DNA from: an uncultured virus (IMG/VR IMGVR_UViG_3300035210_000191)
Taxonomy: Duplodnaviria > Heunggongvirae > Uroviricota > Caudoviricetes
Length of the DNA: 64,000 bases
IMG/VR virus record: IMGVR_UViG_3300035210_000191
Direction: 5' to 3' (one strand)
Shown here piece by piece: positions 20,328 to 29,267 of the stretch. The notes under the pieces are model-generated. The model had not been told where the DNA came from, did not search any database, and saw only the letters and a program-made list of their open reading frames with translations. Made by a program: the position numbers and the translations under genes. How positions within the stretch are numbered: position 1 is the stretch's first letter; every line of letters starts with the position of its first letter.

Positions 20328-21059
20328 ATGAATGAAATCATTGATGAAGAAAAAAAGAAGAATTGTCCAATTAATGGACTACTTGATTATTTCGTTAGTA
20401 ATTTTACTGACAAAAATTATGAGTATGGAAGAGATCAAATGGGCATCTGTCGGTATCCTTTAAATTCTGAAGGTAAGCGTATTGTGGAGCAACTTGAAGA
20501 AGATCGCTTTACTTATGGTTTGGATGGTTGCACAGCCATTAAGTCTGAATCAATTGTTCCTTTTCGTAAAGGTGATACACCAAGTTCTATTTATTTTAAT
20601 ATTTCGACAAAATATGATGATATTTATTCTGAACATTTTGGTGATTTGTCGTCTCCAATGATAGATTTATTTGTAGAACATACCAATAACCACTTAGATT
20701 TAATTAATCAAAAGAAAATTTCAGACGATTATCAATTTCTTATATGTAAAGACTTTTCATATGATGCGATATTTAAATATGATCAAATCACCCAAAAAAT
20801 TACAAGAGTTTTATCTATTGTTTTTAGAAGAAACAATACATCATCCGAACAAAATCGTAACGTTCATTGTATTACTGACAACATATTAACCACTCAGGCT
20901 ACATTAAAACACATGGATAGTGAGTTTTTTAATCGTTATTACAAAGAAAAAATAAAAGAAGCCTATCCCGATTTGAGTTATGAACAAGTGTATGAGTTAT
21001 TGGATCTTTCAAAATGGAATGAACATTTAAAATCTCTTGTAAAAATGACATACTATTGA
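20328..21059 (+). CDS. Hypothetical protein, MxxI family (subfamily C)
   Basis: YEYGRD...RYPL...GKRI; ends HLKSLVKMTYY. Confidence 0.8.
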   Translation: MNEIIDEEKKKNCPINGLLDYFVSNFTDKNYEYGRDQMGICRYPLNSEGKRIVEQLEEDRFTYGLDGCTAIKSESIVPFRKGDTPSSIYFNISTKYDDIYSEHFGDLSSPMIDLFVEHTNNHLDLINQKKISDDYQFLICKDFSYDAIFKYDQITQKITRVLSIVFRRNNTSSEQNRNVHCITDNILTTQATLKHMDSEFFNRYYKEKIKEAYPDLSYEQVYELLDLSKWNEHLKSLVKMTYY

Positions 21060-21093
21060 TATAATTAATTAAATAAAAAAAGGCTTATTTCTT

Positions 21094-21786
21094 ATGATAA
21101 AAGCAAGCATGTATGGAAATGACAATAAGTTAAAAGAACTGGGTCACTTATTTTCTAAATTTTCGAATCAAGACTATCAATATGGGCAGGATGGATTGTC
21201 TGTTGTCCGTTATCCACTCACCCCTGATGGTAAGCGAATTCATATGTATGAAGTTAATCGCTGGGATGGGGATATTCGTGGCTATGACAAGTCTTACAAC
21301 GTTGCAAATATCATTACATCTAACTGGGATTATGATTTTGATGTTTCTTTTGTTTTAACATCGGAGCAAAATGATAACGGAAAACCTATTAAGTTTGATT
21401 ATCTCTACAAATTTCATTCTAATGAGTTTTTCGTTCGGTTGAAAAAACACTTAAAACTTTTGAATGATTCTCCTGAAATGCATAGAAAACGCGAATTGGT
21501 TGAGTTTGAATCTACCCGATTTAAAGTGTCTATATTCTATCGTTATGATATTTCTACTAAAATTGTTAGCCGTTGTGCAGAGCTTAAGTTTAAAGCCTTC
21601 AATGGAATGCTGGAACATAGGATTACTGTTCTTAATGATGATCATAGATTTTTAGCAGCAATGGATGAAATGGAGCAGGAATTTCAAGAGCGTTATTATC
21701 GTAATATAATTGAACGTAAAAAAATTGAACGTGGTTCTTTTTTAAATAAAACCGAACAAAATCTTATTAAAATGGTTTATTACTAA
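21094..21786 (+). CDS. Hypothetical protein, MxxI family (subfamily C)
   Basis: YQYGQD...RYPL...GKRI; ends EQNLIKMVYY. Confidence 0.8.
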   Translation: MIKASMYGNDNKLKELGHLFSKFSNQDYQYGQDGLSVVRYPLTPDGKRIHMYEVNRWDGDIRGYDKSYNVANIITSNWDYDFDVSFVLTSEQNDNGKPIKFDYLYKFHSNEFFVRLKKHLKLLNDSPEMHRKRELVEFESTRFKVSIFYRYDISTKIVSRCAELKFKAFNGMLEHRITVLNDDHRFLAAMDEMEQEFQERYYRNIIERKKIERGSFLNKTEQNLIKMVYY

Positions 21787-21790
21787 TATT

Positions 21791-22459
21791 ATGGATATAG
21801 GAAAATTTGAATTACCTGATAATATGGCGTCCTTTAACTACTACTTAAAGCACTCAGCCAGCAATGTGAATTATAGATATCAAATATCTGCGGGGTACAC
21901 TATTGTTCAGGAAGCTTTAAATACAGATGGCACGCCAAAAATAAGGGCAGGTTATGATAGGTATCATGCTATTGGTAATCTTACTTATTTTCAACATGAC
22001 TCTGAGCATGAGTGTTCTTTCGACATAAAACCCAATCTATTATCAAAAAAAGAATCGCCTAGAAAAGTCTATTTTGAGAATGTTGATGATTATTATGCCA
22101 AACAATTTTTCAAATTGATTACCAATCATCTTCGTCTTATAAATATGGGAGACGAAATCAATAAAAAGAAAAATCCAGTGTATGCTAACCTTGATCATAT
22201 CGAAATTTATCCAGTCTATGTTTATCATTCATTACATGGAAATATCTATCAAAAAATAATTGTAAAATTTAAAAAGAATAAAGAGTTCCCAGAGCTTTAT
22301 ATTATTGTAAAAAATAATGCCTATAGTTTTGAGAATGCAGTTAAAATGATTGACAATGAATTTTTTATTAGATACTATTCACAACTTATTGAGAAAAAGG
22401 ACACGACAGAGAAGCTTACTAAATCAGAAAAGCAAATCGTTAAGATGTATTACTATTGA
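21791..22459 (+). CDS. Hypothetical protein, MxxI family (subfamily C)
   Basis: DNEFFIRYY; ends SEKQIVKMYYY. Confidence 0.8.
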   Translation: MDIGKFELPDNMASFNYYLKHSASNVNYRYQISAGYTIVQEALNTDGTPKIRAGYDRYHAIGNLTYFQHDSEHECSFDIKPNLLSKKESPRKVYFENVDDYYAKQFFKLITNHLRLINMGDEINKKKNPVYANLDHIEIYPVYVYHSLHGNIYQKIIVKFKKNKEFPELYIIVKNNAYSFENAVKMIDNEFFIRYYSQLIEKKDTTEKLTKSEKQIVKMYYY

Positions 22460-22468
22460 GGGCTTTTT

Positions 22469-23089
22469 ATGATTAAGGATTTTAACCGTTTTTTAAGAGA
22501 TAAATTAGACAACCAGAAACACACTTACACACATTGTGAAGGTGAAATATATCGTCATTCTAATCAAATAACATTTGATAAAGCCATGAGTGAAAATAAC
22601 TTTATTATTGTGGGTGAAGCTTTTTTCCATCTTGATAAAGAGACGGTAGACCAATATGACATGTTTTTCATGAATACTGTAAAATTTAATTCAAAAGCGA
22701 TGGCTGAGCATAATTTAATCATGGACTACTCTGAACACATTCAGACTCGAAAACTATTTTTAGCTTTCTTGGAAAATGTTCGTCTCATTGAAAAACATAA
22801 AAGACATCCAGATAAGTATACATTAGAGACAAAAAGTTTTTATTATAGTAATGTATTTTATTTTAGATCTGACAACAGTAAGCCGCTCGCATTACCTTAC
22901 TTAACGATGCAAACGCCAACAGGATACATTCAACTTGAATTCAATCACAATCAACTTCAAAATGTCAATGAACAAATAAGGGTTATCAATGAAACCTTCC
23001 GAGAGTATTATTTTAAACACGTTCTTGATAAGACGGTTACTGAGATGTCTGACGATGAAAAGAAAGCTGTGATTATGTTTTATCAATAG
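22469..23089 (+). CDS. Hypothetical protein, MxxI family (subfamily C, divergent)
   Basis: NETFREYY; ends MSDDEKKAVIMFYQ. Confidence 0.75.
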   Translation: MIKDFNRFLRDKLDNQKHTYTHCEGEIYRHSNQITFDKAMSENNFIIVGEAFFHLDKETVDQYDMFFMNTVKFNSKAMAEHNLIMDYSEHIQTRKLFLAFLENVRLIEKHKRHPDKYTLETKSFYYSNVFYFRSDNSKPLALPYLTMQTPTGYIQLEFNHNQLQNVNEQIRVINETFREYYFKHVLDKTVTEMSDDEKKAVIMFYQ

Positions 23090-23111
23090 AAAAAGAGGCC
23101 GAAGCCTCTTT
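23090..23111. terminator. Bidirectional intrinsic terminator
   Basis: AAAAAGAGGC-CGAA-GCCTCTTT between convergent genes. Confidence 0.8.
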
Positions 23112-23132
23112 AATTCTCAGTGGTGTTGATTG

Positions 23133-24311
23133 TTATGGTTTAATTTCTCTAACTTCTTTGACAGAACCACGATTGACGACAAAACTAATCACACCTTCAC
23201 TGTCATATTTACTTTGTTCAGCTTCACCGACTACAATAATCTCAGGAACACCGCGTTCTTTCCAGTATCGGATCTTCTTCCCTAATGAATCAGCACTTTG
23301 ATCCAGCTTAGATGATTTCTTATCCAGATGAGAAAATACGACCTTTGCATACTCCATAGATTTTTCGGATACTGGAATAACCACTGATTTCATAGGGTGT
23401 AAGAAGTCAGGTATGTCTTTACCAAAGGACTCCAACAAGATCCCTATCATGCGTTCAAGTGAACCTAATACGGCATGGTGGAGAATAATAGGACGCTTAG
23501 GTTTGTTATCGGCATCAATGTATTCAAGTCCAAACCGTTCTGGAAGAACATAATCGAGCTGTATCACACCTAATTGCCATGATCTACCGAGTTTGTCTTC
23601 GACTTGGAGTTCAAGTTTCGGGCCATAGAAAGCCCCGTCATTTTCGTTCTCTACGAAATCAAGGTTATTCATTCTGCAGGCTTCTCGTAAGGCTTCTTCT
23701 GCTTTATCCCATAAGCTGTCATCACCAAATCTTTTCTCTGGACGTAAAGCAATGGCGTATTTAATCTTTTTGAATCCGAGTTCTTCATATGCTTTCTGGC
23801 TCATCTGTATGTATTGATTGACCGAACTGATTAGATTTTCTTCGTTCACAAACACATGACTATCATCCTGACAAAATTGTCTTTGTCTGAATAATACTTG
23901 TAAAGCACCAGACGCTTCATTACGAAACACTTCACCAAATTCAAATATTGGTAATGGGAGTTCACGGTAGCTTCTTTTTTCTGATTGGTATATTAGGATA
24001 TGGTTGGGACAGCTCATAGGACGGAGAGCGTAGTTACTGGCTTCTGATGAATTGAGAAAGAACATGTTGTCTTTGTATTTATCCATATGACCAGATTGTT
24101 CAAATAAGCTAGGTACCACAATAGATGGACTCTTAACTTCAAGATAACCGGCGTCTTCATGGTGTTTACGGATAAAAGATTTTAAATTCTCATACAATTT
24201 AAGACCTTCTGGTTTCCAGTAAACAACACCTGCACTTTCAGCCAACATGAATAAGTTCATTTCTTTGGCAACTTGCATGTATCTCTTTTCTTCGTTTAAT
24301 TTGTCGTTCAT
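23133..24311 (-). CDS. thrS: Threonyl-tRNA synthetase, short form lacking the N-terminal TGS and editing domains
   Basis: SGHMDKY, LRPMSCPNH, FRNEASGAL, RQFCQDDSH, GAFYGPK, WQLGVIQLDY, HHAVLGSLER and anticodon-binding domain; only 392 aa. Confidence 0.95.
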   Translation of the reverse strand: MNDKLNEEKRYMQVAKEMNLFMLAESAGVVYWKPEGLKLYENLKSFIRKHHEDAGYLEVKSPSIVVPSLFEQSGHMDKYKDNMFFLNSSEASNYALRPMSCPNHILIYQSEKRSYRELPLPIFEFGEVFRNEASGALQVLFRQRQFCQDDSHVFVNEENLISSVNQYIQMSQKAYEELGFKKIKYAIALRPEKRFGDDSLWDKAEEALREACRMNNLDFVENENDGAFYGPKLELQVEDKLGRSWQLGVIQLDYVLPERFGLEYIDADNKPKRPIILHHAVLGSLERMIGILLESFGKDIPDFLHPMKSVVIPVSEKSMEYAKVVFSHLDKKSSKLDQSADSLGKKIRYWKERGVPEIIVVGEAEQSKYDSEGVISFVVNRGSVKEVREIKP

Positions 24312-24361
24312 TTTATTTCCCCTTGATGGTTTAGTTTGTGTTAATCATTTATTTTTGACAT

Positions 24362-24389
24362 AAAAAAACCCAGCCGTTTAGCTGGGTTT
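24362..24389 (-). terminator. Attenuator terminator upstream of thrS
   Basis: Minus strand AAACCCAGC-TAAACG-GCTGGGTTTTTTT. Confidence 0.85.
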
Positions 24390-24406
24390 GTGTGGTTCCG
24401 ATTATT

Positions 24407-24484
24407 TTAAGACAGCAACAATCGACCAGCCCAGCTATTGAACTGAGTTGTTGTAGTCGTTGTGTTTGCTGCAAATAATTTCAT
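24407..24484 (-). CDS. thrS leader peptide MKLFAANTTTTTTQFNSWAGRLLLS
   Basis: GGAG RBS, ATG, six consecutive Thr codons, TAA; lies directly upstream of the terminator and thrS. Confidence 0.88.
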   Translation of the reverse strand: MKLFAANTTTTTTQFNSWAGRLLLS

Positions 24485-24546
24485 CTGAATTTTCTCCAAT
24501 TACTTATATTGTGATCTTTATTTTCAAAAATGTCAACTATTATTTT

Positions 24547-24846
24547 TTAATCTATTGGTTTATTGGTTTCGTATTTTTTTATTTCTTTTCCATAAAAATA
24601 ACTTATTATAAAAAATATTGTTGGAATAATTACACCAATAACCCATCCTGCAACCAAACTCCAAAAAAGCCATGTTTCGTGCTTGTTAAACAAAGGATAG
24701 TCGATTAACTGATAATAATAATAAGTGAGAAAAGACATAACAACAAATCCAACAATTGCGTCAATAGATGTAGTCATTTTAAAATCTTCAGCCTCAGTTT
24801 TTTCCTTAGTTAAATCTTCTTCTGTTATTTTTTCTAGTTTATTCAT
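24547..24846 (-). CDS. Small membrane protein (2 TM)
   Basis: GGAG RBS; two hydrophobic segments. Confidence 0.65.
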   Translation of the reverse strand: MNKLEKITEEDLTKEKTEAEDFKMTTSIDAIVGFVVMSFLTYYYYQLIDYPLFNKHETWLFWSLVAGWVIGVIIPTIFFIISYFYGKEIKKYETNKPID

Positions 24847-25073
24847 TTTATACTCCAATATCGTTGTTTTAGCTTAGCTTATTTTAATTATTAAACAAGT
24901 AATTTTAAACAAAAAAGAATATAATTAACTATAAAATCATCTATTGTCAACTTTGACGTTACAATAAGCTGTTTATCTTTTTTCATTGTCTTGCGTTGTT
25001 AACTTTGTTGAAGACTTGTTGTTAAAACTTAATTTTTATGTTATTATAGTGTTCTTATTAGGAGAATATAATC

Positions 25074-25457
25074 ATGCTTCCAAAATTTATCTCAGATCTG
25101 TTGTGGCCTGAAATTGTTCCTTTACCTACTGCATTGGTTGAAACCTACCGAGTAGAAGTTGACGCCATCTTAACTGCATGTAATGTTCCCGGTTTTAAGG
25201 TGTCTGACAATACTAAAATTTCTAGTTTATTCTATACATCAAGTCATAGTGCAATGACTATTGGCATGAGTCCGAGAACTTATACTGAAAGTCAGTTGAA
25301 CGATAATAAAATGGATGCTTTGAAAGCTTTCGCTGAGGTTGTTAAACTGTTTGATGGTGTATCTCTTGTTTCGCTTGAAGATAAAGTGGTTAATCTAGCC
25401 AAATATTTGCACGAATATAAACTTACCATAGAAATGGAAAAAGAATCGGTTGAATAG
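25074..25457 (+). CDS. Hypothetical protein, probable paralog of 31233-31568
   Basis: AGGAG RBS; VETYRVEVDAILTACNVPGFKVSDNTKISSLF. Confidence 0.7.
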   Translation: MLPKFISDLLWPEIVPLPTALVETYRVEVDAILTACNVPGFKVSDNTKISSLFYTSSHSAMTIGMSPRTYTESQLNDNKMDALKAFAEVVKLFDGVSLVSLEDKVVNLAKYLHEYKLTIEMEKESVE

Positions 25458-25465
25458 TTCTTTTT

Positions 25466-26176
25466 TTAAATATAAACCATATCTTTAACTTTAAAGTAAT
25501 CCAATAATTCTTCATTTTTATTATTGATAATGTTGTTTATGTAGTATTCAATATTATCAATATCTTCATCATTTGCACTGTAATATAAGAGTGTAATCAA
25601 ATAATCTAGTTGTGTATGGTTAAAACTAATAAAGCCAGTCGTTGTATTATCATCTCCATCGTTTTGGATCTCAGTAGATAGAATTTCATTTTCTTTATTG
25701 ATATTAAGCATAATTCTCATCTTCTTATTTTGATTCTTGCCACCATAACGAATTGTTAAAAAATCTTGATTATTGAATGAAATTTGCATAATTACTACCT
25801 TAGATTTATACACTATAACAATAGTACTGTTTACATCATTAAACAAATGAATCTCGGCTTTCTTAAATTGTTCTGGTAGATTGTTTTCGTATTGTAATCC
25901 TAGGCGTTTATGAGCCTGTTCAAACATACCTTGAACAAATTTATTATATATTTTTGAATTTTTGTTTTGTTCATCCGAATGTGTGGTATGATCTTTTCCA
26001 TTAACAAGTGGTATTGTTAATGGTGTTGATTTATCATTTGCTATGAGCATTTGATTCATGACTTTATGATAAGTATTGAAAAATACGTCAAAATAGTGTT
26101 GCATATTTGTAATATGATTTTCTAATAATATTTCAAATGCTGGTGGTGTGGCTATATCTATGGTGACATATTTCAT
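25466..26176 (-). CDS. Hypothetical protein, MxxI family (subfamily D)
   Basis: HTQLDYLI; ends LLDYFKVKDMVYI. Confidence 0.8.
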   Translation of the reverse strand: MKYVTIDIATPPAFEILLENHITNMQHYFDVFFNTYHKVMNQMLIANDKSTPLTIPLVNGKDHTTHSDEQNKNSKIYNKFVQGMFEQAHKRLGLQYENNLPEQFKKAEIHLFNDVNSTIVIVYKSKVVIMQISFNNQDFLTIRYGGKNQNKKMRIMLNINKENEILSTEIQNDGDDNTTTGFISFNHTQLDYLITLLYYSANDEDIDNIEYYINNIINNKNEELLDYFKVKDMVYI

Positions 26177-26191
26177 TTGAATAAACCTCTA

Positions 26192-26986
26192 TTAAATATA
26201 AATCATCTCTTTAAGTTTTATATAATTTATAAAATCTTCATAGTTTTCTGCGAGAATATCATCGACGTATTTTTCTGTAATAAAATCAATTTCCTCACCA
26301 TCAGCGTAGTGGCTGAGCACAATAAGATAATCTAATTGTTGATGGTTTAAAGTAATCATATCTGTTTCATCTGATCGTGCATTATTAAAATTAAAGTAAA
26401 CTTCTGTTGAGATAATTTCAGTGTTGTGATTAATAGTAATGTCCAACATCATTTTATTGCTGTCACAACTATTTAGCATATAGACAATATTCAATCCATT
26501 TTTATCAAAATTTATACACATCATGATAGGTTTTGTAAAATAGGTGACACTTATCTTAGCATTGTCAAAAAAGTGAGAAAAAATAACGTCAGCTTTTTTA
26601 TGATTGTCTTTAATATATTCCACAAATGTTAAATTACTTCTAGCATGTGCCTTTTTAACAAGGTTCTCAATAAAATCCATGTAGACAGTAGAGTTCTGAT
26701 TTTTTACATCTGTATATTCCGTGCAATCATCTTTATCAGGAGCGTGATAAATTCGAACGTCAGCGAATTTTTTATTCGTTTCTTTTAGATATTGAGTAAC
26801 TTTATCTTTAACATTTAAGCACGCTGAAAAATAATATCTGATATTTGGGGTAATAATATCCAATAAATTTTTAAAATCTTCATTTTCTGTTTTTACAGTT
26901 AAATATTTGTTCTCAACACCCTTACTAGATGTCTCATCAAAGATATGTTTTGGACTGAGTTTTTTTATAATATATTGATTTGTCAT
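26192..26986 (-). CDS. Hypothetical protein, MxxI family (subfamily D)
   Basis: HQQLDYLI; ends FINYIKLKEMIYI. Confidence 0.8.
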   Translation of the reverse strand: MTNQYIIKKLSPKHIFDETSSKGVENKYLTVKTENEDFKNLLDIITPNIRYYFSACLNVKDKVTQYLKETNKKFADVRIYHAPDKDDCTEYTDVKNQNSTVYMDFIENLVKKAHARSNLTFVEYIKDNHKKADVIFSHFFDNAKISVTYFTKPIMMCINFDKNGLNIVYMLNSCDSNKMMLDITINHNTEIISTEVYFNFNNARSDETDMITLNHQQLDYLIVLSHYADGEEIDFITEKYVDDILAENYEDFINYIKLKEMIYI

Positions 26987-27711
26987 ATGTAAGTCATCTC
27001 TTTTACTTTAAAATAATCAATTACATCTTTATAGTTTTCGGCTAACACCTTATCAATATATGGTTCTACATTAAAATCGTTCTCTTCGACCATGCCATAA
27101 TGACATAAAGCAATAAGATAATCTAGCTGTTTATGACTTAATTTTATCTTTTCTGGCTCTTTATAAATTTTACCATTAAAGTGAACAATTGTTGATAATA
27201 TTTCATTATTTTCATTTATTTTTATTTCTATCATCATTTTATTACTGTCATTATTGTTAATTTTGTAGACAATAACCAAACCAGTTTCAGTAAATGTAAA
27301 AAGAGTGCTAATTGTTTGAGTGTGATAATTTATTTCTATTTTTGGGCGATTGAATAGATAGCAAATATCCATATAACCTTTTCGAGCATTTGATGGTAAA
27401 TGTTCATAATAATTGAGGTCATTTCTAGCATGAGATTGTTTTAATAATTGACTAATGAAATTATAATATATTCTATCATCACGATTCTCGACATCACAAT
27501 ATTCACGGTGACTTCCTTTTTCTGGATTTGCATACATATTAATCATATCAATGTGTATACCTGCCAGAATAAGTTTTTTAACAACTTCTTTAATTTTAGT
27601 TTCATTGTTAAACCAATTTGAAAAATAATAACTCATATTAATTTGACTGACATCGAACAATTCATCAAATTCTAAAAGATCATTCTGGACTATTGTGTAT
27701 TTTTCATTCAT
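26983..27711 (-). CDS. Hypothetical protein, MxxI family (subfamily D)
   Basis: HKQLDYLI; ends VIDYFKVKEMTYI. Confidence 0.8.
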   Translation of the reverse strand: MNEKYTIVQNDLLEFDELFDVSQINMSYYFSNWFNNETKIKEVVKKLILAGIHIDMINMYANPEKGSHREYCDVENRDDRIYYNFISQLLKQSHARNDLNYYEHLPSNARKGYMDICYLFNRPKIEINYHTQTISTLFTFTETGLVIVYKINNNDSNKMMIEIKINENNEILSTIVHFNGKIYKEPEKIKLSHKQLDYLIALCHYGMVEENDFNVEPYIDKVLAENYKDVIDYFKVKEMTYI

Positions 27712-27768
27712 ATTTTAATTTTCCCTAATAAAAAAATAAACCCCAAGTCTTCACAAGGGGCTTTCAAA

Positions 27769-28863
27769 TCAAGCTTCTTTCATTTTTACAAGCATTTCCA
27801 TTGCAATGTCTTTATAAGTTACTACAAATTCTTCAATGTCTGGAACACTTTTTTCAAGTGCTTTCAAATAATCACTGATTTCTTTGTTTTTCAACTCTGG
27901 CTTAAATTTCAAAAGACGCCCACCATTGAAATATTCTTTGAAAACCTTACGGCGTTCAAGCATAGCCCAAGTATCCACCTCAGTTTGAGCAAATGTTGGG
28001 AAGAATGCGTAGACACGATCTTTCCATTTATCACTGTCCATCGGTGTCTTGTCCTTGAAGTAACCCAGAGCATCTTGTTCCTCAATCCAATTCAAGAAAC
28101 CATTATATGTTGGACGTTTACGGTCACGGGTACGTTGGGTATGGTTACGGTTCTCAAATGCATACAGGCTTGGGCTGAAATATCGGCTAGACGCTGCATA
28201 TTCATAAATCTCCAAGAGGTTATCAAAACCAGCATAATAACGCTCTTGTGAGTAACCAAAGAACTCCAAAGCTTCATCCCAATCATTCGTCAACACAACG
28301 CTTTCAAAGAGGTTATCACCATCCCTGAACAAATAACGAAGACCATCATGACCATATTTCAAGAAACCATTAGAGCTGGCAACAACACCTACCAAGTTAC
28401 CCAAATCGTTCCAGTTCAAATAAGAAGAATGAAACTTATAATAAGCCCGCTCAGAAGCAATCAAATCAAGCTGGAAATAAACCGCTTCTTCATCCGAAGG
28501 CAGACCGATACTCATCACCATATCTTTTTTGTCTTTTGGTTTGTAAGGCAATGGGCCAGTGTGATTGAATTCCACACGAAGCATTTCCATCACTTCTTCA
28601 TAAGGAACGAAGCTAAACAATTCACCATCTACCAGCAAATCGAGATCACCAAAAGTTTCTTTTTGACGATACGCTTTGACTTCATGGGGAGCATCAACAA
28701 TGTGAGCACCCATAGAGTTTGCTTTTTCGATGGCAGCATTCAACACCTTGACAACTTTCGCCGTCAAGCTATCAAAATCTTTTTTATGGAGACGTTTCGA
28801 TTGAACGCCAACTGGCTCAGGGTTGCCGTTTACTACGGCAAGAGCTAATGCATTACCACCCAT
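27769..28863 (-). CDS. Nucleotidyltransferase-like protein of a type seen in large phages
   Basis: MGGNAL start; KETFGDLDLLV (DxD) and FQLDLI third Asp; AGGAG RBS. Confidence 0.65.
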   Translation of the reverse strand: MGGNALALAVVNGNPEPVGVQSKRLHKKDFDSLTAKVVKVLNAAIEKANSMGAHIVDAPHEVKAYRQKETFGDLDLLVDGELFSFVPYEEVMEMLRVEFNHTGPLPYKPKDKKDMVMSIGLPSDEEAVYFQLDLIASERAYYKFHSSYLNWNDLGNLVGVVASSNGFLKYGHDGLRYLFRDGDNLFESVVLTNDWDEALEFFGYSQERYYAGFDNLLEIYEYAASSRYFSPSLYAFENRNHTQRTRDRKRPTYNGFLNWIEEQDALGYFKDKTPMDSDKWKDRVYAFFPTFAQTEVDTWAMLERRKVFKEYFNGGRLLKFKPELKNKEISDYLKALEKSVPDIEEFVVTYKDIAMEMLVKMKEA

Positions 28864-28916
28864 GATGATACTCCTTTTAAAATAATGACTTATTATATCA
28901 TAAACCTATTAATAAA

Positions 28917-29237
28917 TCAAAGGATTAAAAAAGCATCGTTCTCAAAATAATAGATAAACGCCATCAACAAATCGTCTACTGTTGCATTTTCTTTTTGATC
29001 TTTAACATTTAATACAATATCTTCAATGGTTGCATTATCCAGTGTCACAATCCATGTTCCATCTCTTACTTCCAATGGCAGATATTCTTCTGAATCTGGT
29101 TCATAATTGCTGCTATCTTCTGTAAATGACCCAATGGTATCTAACGTCCATGATTGATGGTCTATTGGCAGACAAAACCAGCCTTCTGGATTTTGGGTTG
29201 GATTATTTAAAATAGAACGTATTGTATATTTTCCCAT
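28917..29237 (-). CDS. Small acidic hypothetical protein
   Basis: 106 aa; ends AFIYYFENDAFLIL. Confidence 0.7.
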   Translation of the reverse strand: MGKYTIRSILNNPTQNPEGWFCLPIDHQSWTLDTIGSFTEDSSNYEPDSEEYLPLEVRDGTWIVTLDNATIEDIVLNVKDQKENATVDDLLMAFIYYFENDAFLIL

Positions 29238-29267
29238 GTCTCACTCTTTTTAAAAGTTAATTATTTA

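Larger units (their letters stand above)
24362..24536 (-). promoter_or_regulatory. Thr-sensing ribosome-mediated transcription attenuator with promoter
   Basis: TTGACA -35 (24531-24536); leader ORF; AGCTGGG in the leader is complementary to CCCAGCT in the terminator 5' arm (antiterminator). Confidence 0.85.

Noticed and set aside
24312..24540. T-box riboswitch upstream of thrS
   Set aside because: No T-box consensus (TGGGTGGTACC-like) or stem I is seen; the Thr leader peptide explains the region.
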